Of a stretch of 64,000 nt of DNA, positions 57,775 to 64,000 are shown one piece after another. The position numbers and the translations under genes were made by a program. Every line of letters begins with the position of its first letter. The first letter of the stretch is position 1. The notes under the pieces were generated by a model, which ran no database searches, was not told the origin of the DNA, and was given only the letters and a program-made list of their open reading frames with translations. The DNA comes from an uncultured Planctomycetaceae bacterium (GTDB taxonomy: Bacteria; Planctomycetota; Planctomycetia; Planctomycetales; Planctomycetaceae), in NCBI GenBank assembly GCA_963976765.1, contig CAXBME010000015.1, positions 62,001 through 126,000 of the forward strand, in the 5' to 3' direction.

Positions 57775-59961
57775 ATGAAATATTTTTCACGATTCGCTTG
57801 CCTTTTTGCAGTCGTCACTTCGTGCCTCTTCAGTAACTCACCGAGTCCCTCTCAAACCTGCTCCGCGGGCGAGCGGCCCAACATCATCGTCATCATGTCA
57901 GACGACATGGGCTATTCGGACATTGGCTGCTATGGCGGAGAGATTGAAACTCCAACATTGAATGGGCTTGCCGAAAACGGGTTACGGTTCACGCAGTTCT
58001 ACAACACCGGTCGCTGCTGCCCGACACGAGCTTCATTGCTGTCAGGGCTGTACCCGCACCAGGCTGGTATCGGCCACATGATGAACGATCGCGGGCACGA
58101 CGGTTACCGCGGCGACCTCAACAACAACTGTCGTACTATGGCTGAAGTCCTCAAACCTGCCGGCTACTCAACGTACGGAGTGGGCAAGTGGCACGTCACA
58201 AAGCAGATTCAGCCCGACGGTCCGAAACATAACTGGCCCAGACAGCGAGGCTTCGATCGGTTCTACGGAACAATCACCGGTGCGGGAAGCTTCTTCGATC
58301 CCGGCACACTGACGCGCGATAATCAGAACATCACACCGTGGACGGACTCAGATTACAAACCTCAGGAGTACTACTACACAGACGCGATCAGTGACAACGC
58401 CGCGAAATTCATTCACGAACACTGCGAACGGGAACCCGACAAGCCGTTCTTCATGTATGTAACTTACACGGCTGCTCATTGGCCAATGCATGCTCTGGAG
58501 AAGGACATCGCCAAATACAAAGGTCGATACGACGGCGGCTACGCTCCGATACGGAATCGTCGAGCGAAGCGTGTTGTGGAACTTGGACTGGTGAGCGAAG
58601 CGTGCGATCCCGCGCCGCTGATCGGGAAGTGGGGCAACGTCGAGCATCAAGCCTGGGAAGCTCGCTGCATGGAAGTTTACGCCGCCATGATCGACAGCAT
58701 GGATCAGGGTATTGGTCGTATCGTTGGCTCGCTCAAGAAGAACAACAAATTTGACAATACACTGATCGTCTTCATGCAGGACAACGGCGGCTGCCAGGAA
58801 GGCAACGGACGGCAAGGAAACTTCCAGCGTCCTGTTGCCGCATCTCTTCCAAAGATTCCCGCAGATCAGATCCGCCTTGATGTCGTCCCGAAGCAGAACC
58901 GCGCTGGAGTACCAACACTTACTGGCCCCGGCATTATGCCCGGCCCGGAAGACACTTACATCGCTTACGGGCTGAACTGGGCAAACGTCTCGAACACACC
59001 CTTCCGCGAGTACAAGCACTTTGTTCATGAAGGCGGCATCTCAACGCCGTTGATTGCTCACTGGCCGGCAGGCATCAAACGTCGAGGCGAACTTGAGCAT
59101 CAGCCCGGCCACTTGATCGACATTATGGCGACGTGCGTCGATCTTTCCGAAGCCGAATACCCGGAACGAATTGGCGAAAACACGATCACACCGCTGGAAG
59201 GCGTCTCGTTGAAGCCGGCCTTCTCGAGCAAGAGGCTTAACCGCAAGCTGCCGCTCTTCTGGGAACACGAGGGAAACCGCGCGATCCGCGACGGTGACTG
59301 GAAACTCGTCGCGAAAGAGAACAACCCCTGGGAGCTTTACGATCTCAGAACCGACCGCTCCGAATCACACAACCTTGCAGCTGAAAAACCTGAACTCGCC
59401 AAAGAGCTGGAAGCCAAATGGGATGCCTACGCAGCACGAGCAAACGTGCTGCCGCTTGGCACCTGGCGAGGAGCAGCGAAGAAACCAAAGACGAACAGGA
59501 AGCAGCGAAAGTTCTCGCTCAAACCGGGCGACAACCTCTCCAGCGAAGTTGCCCCCTTCATTGAAGATCGAGCGATCAGCATCTCAGTCGAGTTAAAAAA
59601 ACTCGGCACCGATGGCGTCATGGTCGCCCATGGAGGAACGGCGGAGGGATACTCGCTCTATCTGAAAGATGGCACCCTGACGTTCGTGACCCGGCGAGGC
59701 GGGAAGCTTTCGAAAGTTGCTGCCGCTCAGAAACTTTCCTCTGAATCCACCCGAGTTGAGGCACACCTCAGCAGGGCTGGCGCCGTGACGCTGTTAATCG
59801 ACGAGAAGCCTGTCGCGACTGGAAACTTTGCCGAAGGACTGCCACGACACCCGATCGACGGGTTGCAGGTTGGCTCCGACGAAGGCGGCTTTGTCGGCGA
59901 GTACAAAAGCCCGTTTCCGTTCAACGGCGAAATCGCGAGCGTGACAATCGAGTTGAAGTAG
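57775..59961 (+). CDS. Exported arylsulfatase (Cys-type formylglycine) with a C-terminal beta-sandwich domain
   Basis: DDMG, CCPTRASLLSG (CxPxR), GKWH, DNG, EGG and ELYDL. Confidence 0.95.
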   Translation: MKYFSRFACLFAVVTSCLFSNSPSPSQTCSAGERPNIIVIMSDDMGYSDIGCYGGEIETPTLNGLAENGLRFTQFYNTGRCCPTRASLLSGLYPHQAGIGHMMNDRGHDGYRGDLNNNCRTMAEVLKPAGYSTYGVGKWHVTKQIQPDGPKHNWPRQRGFDRFYGTITGAGSFFDPGTLTRDNQNITPWTDSDYKPQEYYYTDAISDNAAKFIHEHCEREPDKPFFMYVTYTAAHWPMHALEKDIAKYKGRYDGGYAPIRNRRAKRVVELGLVSEACDPAPLIGKWGNVEHQAWEARCMEVYAAMIDSMDQGIGRIVGSLKKNNKFDNTLIVFMQDNGGCQEGNGRQGNFQRPVAASLPKIPADQIRLDVVPKQNRAGVPTLTGPGIMPGPEDTYIAYGLNWANVSNTPFREYKHFVHEGGISTPLIAHWPAGIKRRGELEHQPGHLIDIMATCVDLSEAEYPERIGENTITPLEGVSLKPAFSSKRLNRKLPLFWEHEGNRAIRDGDWKLVAKENNPWELYDLRTDRSESHNLAAEKPELAKELEAKWDAYAARANVLPLGTWRGAAKKPKTNRKQRKFSLKPGDNLSSEVAPFIEDRAISISVELKKLGTDGVMVAHGGTAEGYSLYLKDGTLTFVTRRGGKLSKVAAAQKLSSESTRVEAHLSRAGAVTLLIDEKPVATGNFAEGLPRHPIDGLQVGSDEGGFVGEYKSPFPFNGEIASVTIELK

Positions 59962-60169
59962 GTCAGGCTTCACCTGACGAAATCTTCGTTCGGCTCATAC
60001 CGAAATTCCGCGACCACGAGCTACTCAAAAGCACGAAAGCAAAGCTGACAAAATTCACGGCGGCGGTTGGGCCATACAAAGGCATCAGACAGAAACTTTT
60101 TCGGCAGTTTTGTGAACCTCGTGGTTCCACTTAAAAACAAGGCACTCCGTCAGGCAGAGCCTCACCTAC
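59958..60169. repeat. Inverted REP pair (family B) enclosing a second hairpin element
   Basis: GTAGGTCAGGCTTCACCTGACG at 59958-59979 and CGTCAGGCAGAGCCTCACCTAC at 60148-60169; inner ACCACGAG...CTCGTGGT at 60013-60125. Confidence 0.8.
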
Positions 60170-60187
60170 GGAAGATTGACCCGCATC

Positions 60188-60919
60188 ATGCAGAAGACAG
60201 AACAACTCGGTGGTCTGAATTGCCACACCGTCCAACAGGTTGATGGGCAGGACCCCGAACTGGTGGTCATTCTCTGTCACGGATTCGGCGCCCCGGGAAC
60301 CGACCTTGTCGGGCTTGGTGGAGAGCTGATGCGATGTCAGCCCCGGCTGATGGAGTCGACTCAGTTCATTTTCCCGGAGGCTCCGTTGTCGCTGGAAGAG
60401 TTCGGCTTCTACGGCGGTCGCGCGTGGTGGCCGCTGGACGTTGCAAAGCTCAACGCGGCCATCGAAAACGGTGAGTTTCGAGACCAGCGAAAATACAACC
60501 CGCCAGAACTCGTCGACGCTCGACGGTTGGTGACTGCGCTGATTGACGAAGTTCGAAGCCGAACAGGCTTGCCTGCATCACGGATCGTGCTGGGAGGATT
60601 CTCGCAGGGGTCAATGCTGGCAACGGACGTTTCGTTACGACTCGATGAGACACCGGGAGCGCTGTGCGTCTGGTCCGGCACTCTGCTTTGCGAAGAACAA
60701 TGGCGCGAACTGGCAGCCAAACGAGGCCCGCTGAAAGTTCTGCAAAGCCACGGAACCGTCGACCCGATCCTGCCCTTTGAAGCCGCGACGTGGTTGAGAG
60801 ATCTCTTTACCGAGTCCGGCTTCGACGTGAACTTTATCGAGTTTCCGAATGTCCACACGATCCCTCGCGAGGCCGTTGATCAGTTCGCCGAACTGCTGGT
60901 GTCGCTGCTCGACGAATAG
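60188..60919 (+). CDS. Phospholipase/carboxylesterase (alpha/beta hydrolase)
   Basis: HGFG, GFSQG, HGTVDPILP and a catalytic H. Confidence 0.92.
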   Translation: MQKTEQLGGLNCHTVQQVDGQDPELVVILCHGFGAPGTDLVGLGGELMRCQPRLMESTQFIFPEAPLSLEEFGFYGGRAWWPLDVAKLNAAIENGEFRDQRKYNPPELVDARRLVTALIDEVRSRTGLPASRIVLGGFSQGSMLATDVSLRLDETPGALCVWSGTLLCEEQWRELAAKRGPLKVLQSHGTVDPILPFEAATWLRDLFTESGFDVNFIEFPNVHTIPREAVDQFAELLVSLLDE

Positions 60920-60964
60920 CTTCGCAACCTGCCCTGCGATTTGTTTTAGCCTGCGAACTTCAGA

Positions 60965-61561
60965 TCAGCCGGCGCGATAGCGACCGAGCATCGTGGAAGT
61001 ACCTTCTCGAAGGTTCTTCCAACCGGTGCTGAACCGGACAGCCTGTGACGGCTGAAAAAACGTGAACGCCACCAGCACCAGACCTGCCGCCACGACCAGC
61101 GACATTGTTCGCAACTGGTGGTCCGTCGCAAAGGCGACCAGAAACGGCTGGTACCACTGCTCCGTTGATTGCGGTGTTGCGGCGTACCGTCTTTTGATTC
61201 GGCTCTGCAAAGTGAGGCTGTCCTGCAGGGGAATCAGTTCTTCACCCGGCCTGGAGGCGTCAAGATCGATCCGCGCCAACTCTTCCAGCAGCCCGGGATC
61301 CTGTTCGAGAGATTCGGTGATCTTGCGGAGCTCAAACACCTGCCGCTCTAACCTGACAAGCTCGGCCTGAGCGGTCACATATTCGTCGTCCAGCTCGACG
61401 TAGGCCGACAGCTTGGGAGCCATCGCCACGCTGCCATATAGAATTCCTGCAACCATAAGTTGCCCCCAGAACAGAAACGAAACGAACCACTGCAACAACG
61501 ACGGCTCGTGATGAGCATCGCTGGAACTTTGAGTTCGTTTTGTTCTGCTTGTCCTGGGCAT
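60965..61561 (-). CDS. FtsB/DivIC-like coiled-coil membrane protein with a second TM helix
   Basis: TM, coiled coil, then LEQDPGLLEELARIDLDASRPGEELI. Confidence 0.6.
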   Translation of the reverse strand: MPRTSRTKRTQSSSDAHHEPSLLQWFVSFLFWGQLMVAGILYGSVAMAPKLSAYVELDDEYVTAQAELVRLERQVFELRKITESLEQDPGLLEELARIDLDASRPGEELIPLQDSLTLQSRIKRRYAATPQSTEQWYQPFLVAFATDHQLRTMSLVVAAGLVLVAFTFFQPSQAVRFSTGWKNLREGTSTMLGRYRAG

Positions 61562-61628
61562 AGGCTGTTGAACAGAGGATTCCAGGAATTGATTGTGATT
61601 CCGTCGGTCAGGCTTACTACGTCAGACG

Positions 61629-61661
61629 AAAACAGCCCGACTGTCCATGACAGCCGGGCTG
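61629..61661 (-). terminator. Probable eno terminator
   Basis: Minus strand reads CAGCCCGGCTGTC-ATG-GACAGTCGGGCTG-TTTT. Confidence 0.7.
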
Positions 61662-61713
61662 ATGAATTTCGTCTGATTTAATAAACGAACCAGTATTGCT
61701 GGGCCTGAGACGA

Positions 61714-63129
<1,416 letters not shown>

Positions 63130-63291
63130 TCAGCACGTCAATTCACGCAACTGCCAGCCGGCGATCCTCGCCTGCCAGGACAGCAGCGGTCTGAAAATGG
63201 CAGAATCTGCCACTTGAAGCCTTCGTGAGCCGCGAGTTGTAACAAAGTTTGACGCTGAATTCTCCACTCACGCCAGCACAGCAGACAGTCG

Positions 63292-63419
63292 GAGCCAATA
63301 TCCCAATTCGAACAAAGAAATTCGAAGGAGGGCGACAAACTGGATTCGCTTCAGAATTCGTCATTCCGTGTTCGATATTCAGCGATTCGCTGCTGTCGGG
63401 CGGGCACCGCCCACCCGAC
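63292..63419. repeat. Hairpin element related to 10007-10093, plus a REP palindrome
   Basis: See the 10007 entry; GTCGGGCGGGC-ACC-GCCCACCCGAC at 63395-63419. Confidence 0.6.
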
Positions 63420-63430
63420 GATTACTGCGA

Positions 63431-64000
63431 TTACTGATTTCCCTGTCGCCAGTTTCCGTCTATGTACCGCCAGCAGGTTTTGTTGGGGGCTTCGTCTCGG
63501 AGGCTGGCCGGCAGACGGTGAGGTCGAATTCCATCATAGGATTGCAGCATCGAATACCGGTAAATGGATTGCGGCATACCCACAGCCGTGAACACGGGAT
63601 GTCCGGTCGCGGGAAACGGGCCGCCGTGGTTCATTGCCGGAGAAACCGCGACCCCCGTCGGCATCTTGTCGTTGAGCAACCGACCAACCTTCGTCCGCAG
63701 GGCCGGAACAATCCGATCGTAGACCGCGTCGTCGGAGCCGTCCGCCGCGCTGTAAATGCAACCGGTGAGGTTTCCTTCGAGCGACTCAGCAATCTGCTCG
63801 GCCTGAGCAGCGTCCGTCGCGATCACAAAAAGTGATCCGTTGCCGAATGCTTCGGCCTGAAGTGCTTCCGGGTTTTCCAGAAACTTCGCACCGGCGACTT
63901 TCAGCAGCGTATTCCGGCAGGAAAATCCGGTTCCGCCTCCGGATTCGCCACCCGCGATCAGCTCCGCGCCGGCTTTCTTCAGCGCCGCAACTCCCGAAAG
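63431..64000 (-). CDS. Aldehyde dehydrogenase, 2-oxoglutarate semialdehyde dehydrogenase-like (3' part only)
   Basis: The frame is open to the window edge; EAFG, LEGNLTG and MPTGVAVSPAMNHGGPFPAT. Confidence 0.9.
   Translation of the reverse strand, partial: LSGVAALKKAGAELIAGGESGGGTGFSCRNTLLKVAGAKFLENPEALQAEAFGNGSLFVIATDAAQAEQIAESLEGNLTGCIYSAADGSDDAVYDRIVPALRTKVGRLLNDKMPTGVAVSPAMNHGGPFPATGHPVFTAVGMPQSIYRYSMLQSYDGIRPHRLPASLRDEAPNKTCWRYIDGNWRQGNQ

Overview
The window looks like planctomycete chromosomal DNA: it carries DUF1501/DUF1553 and DUF1552/DUF1592 pairs, a sulfatase, Tat-exported oxidoreductases and many short palindromic repeats. It holds about 42 CDS. Housekeeping genes are ppc, fabH, der, rhlE-like, dapF and eno. 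There is a two-subunit NAD-linked formate dehydrogenase and a T2SS/type IV filament cluster with unusually long periplasmic parts. I found no tRNA, rRNA, CRISPR array, integrase or transposase. The main leads are: (1) a lone OLD-family ATPase-TOPRIM nuclease between two diverged copies of the FDH alpha 3' end; (2) a secretion cluster whose GspD-like protein has about 8 N-domains but no secretin barrel, paired with a PilO-Ig-Ig-PilP-like fusion; (3) a DegT-family protein lacking the catalytic lysine; (4) an FtsB/DivIC-like gene behind eno in a phylum lacking FtsZ; (5) palindromic elements that supply stop codons or sit in frame inside genes; (6) a small membrane-protein frame missed by the ORF track. 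All family calls come from motif recognition by eye; no database search was run.
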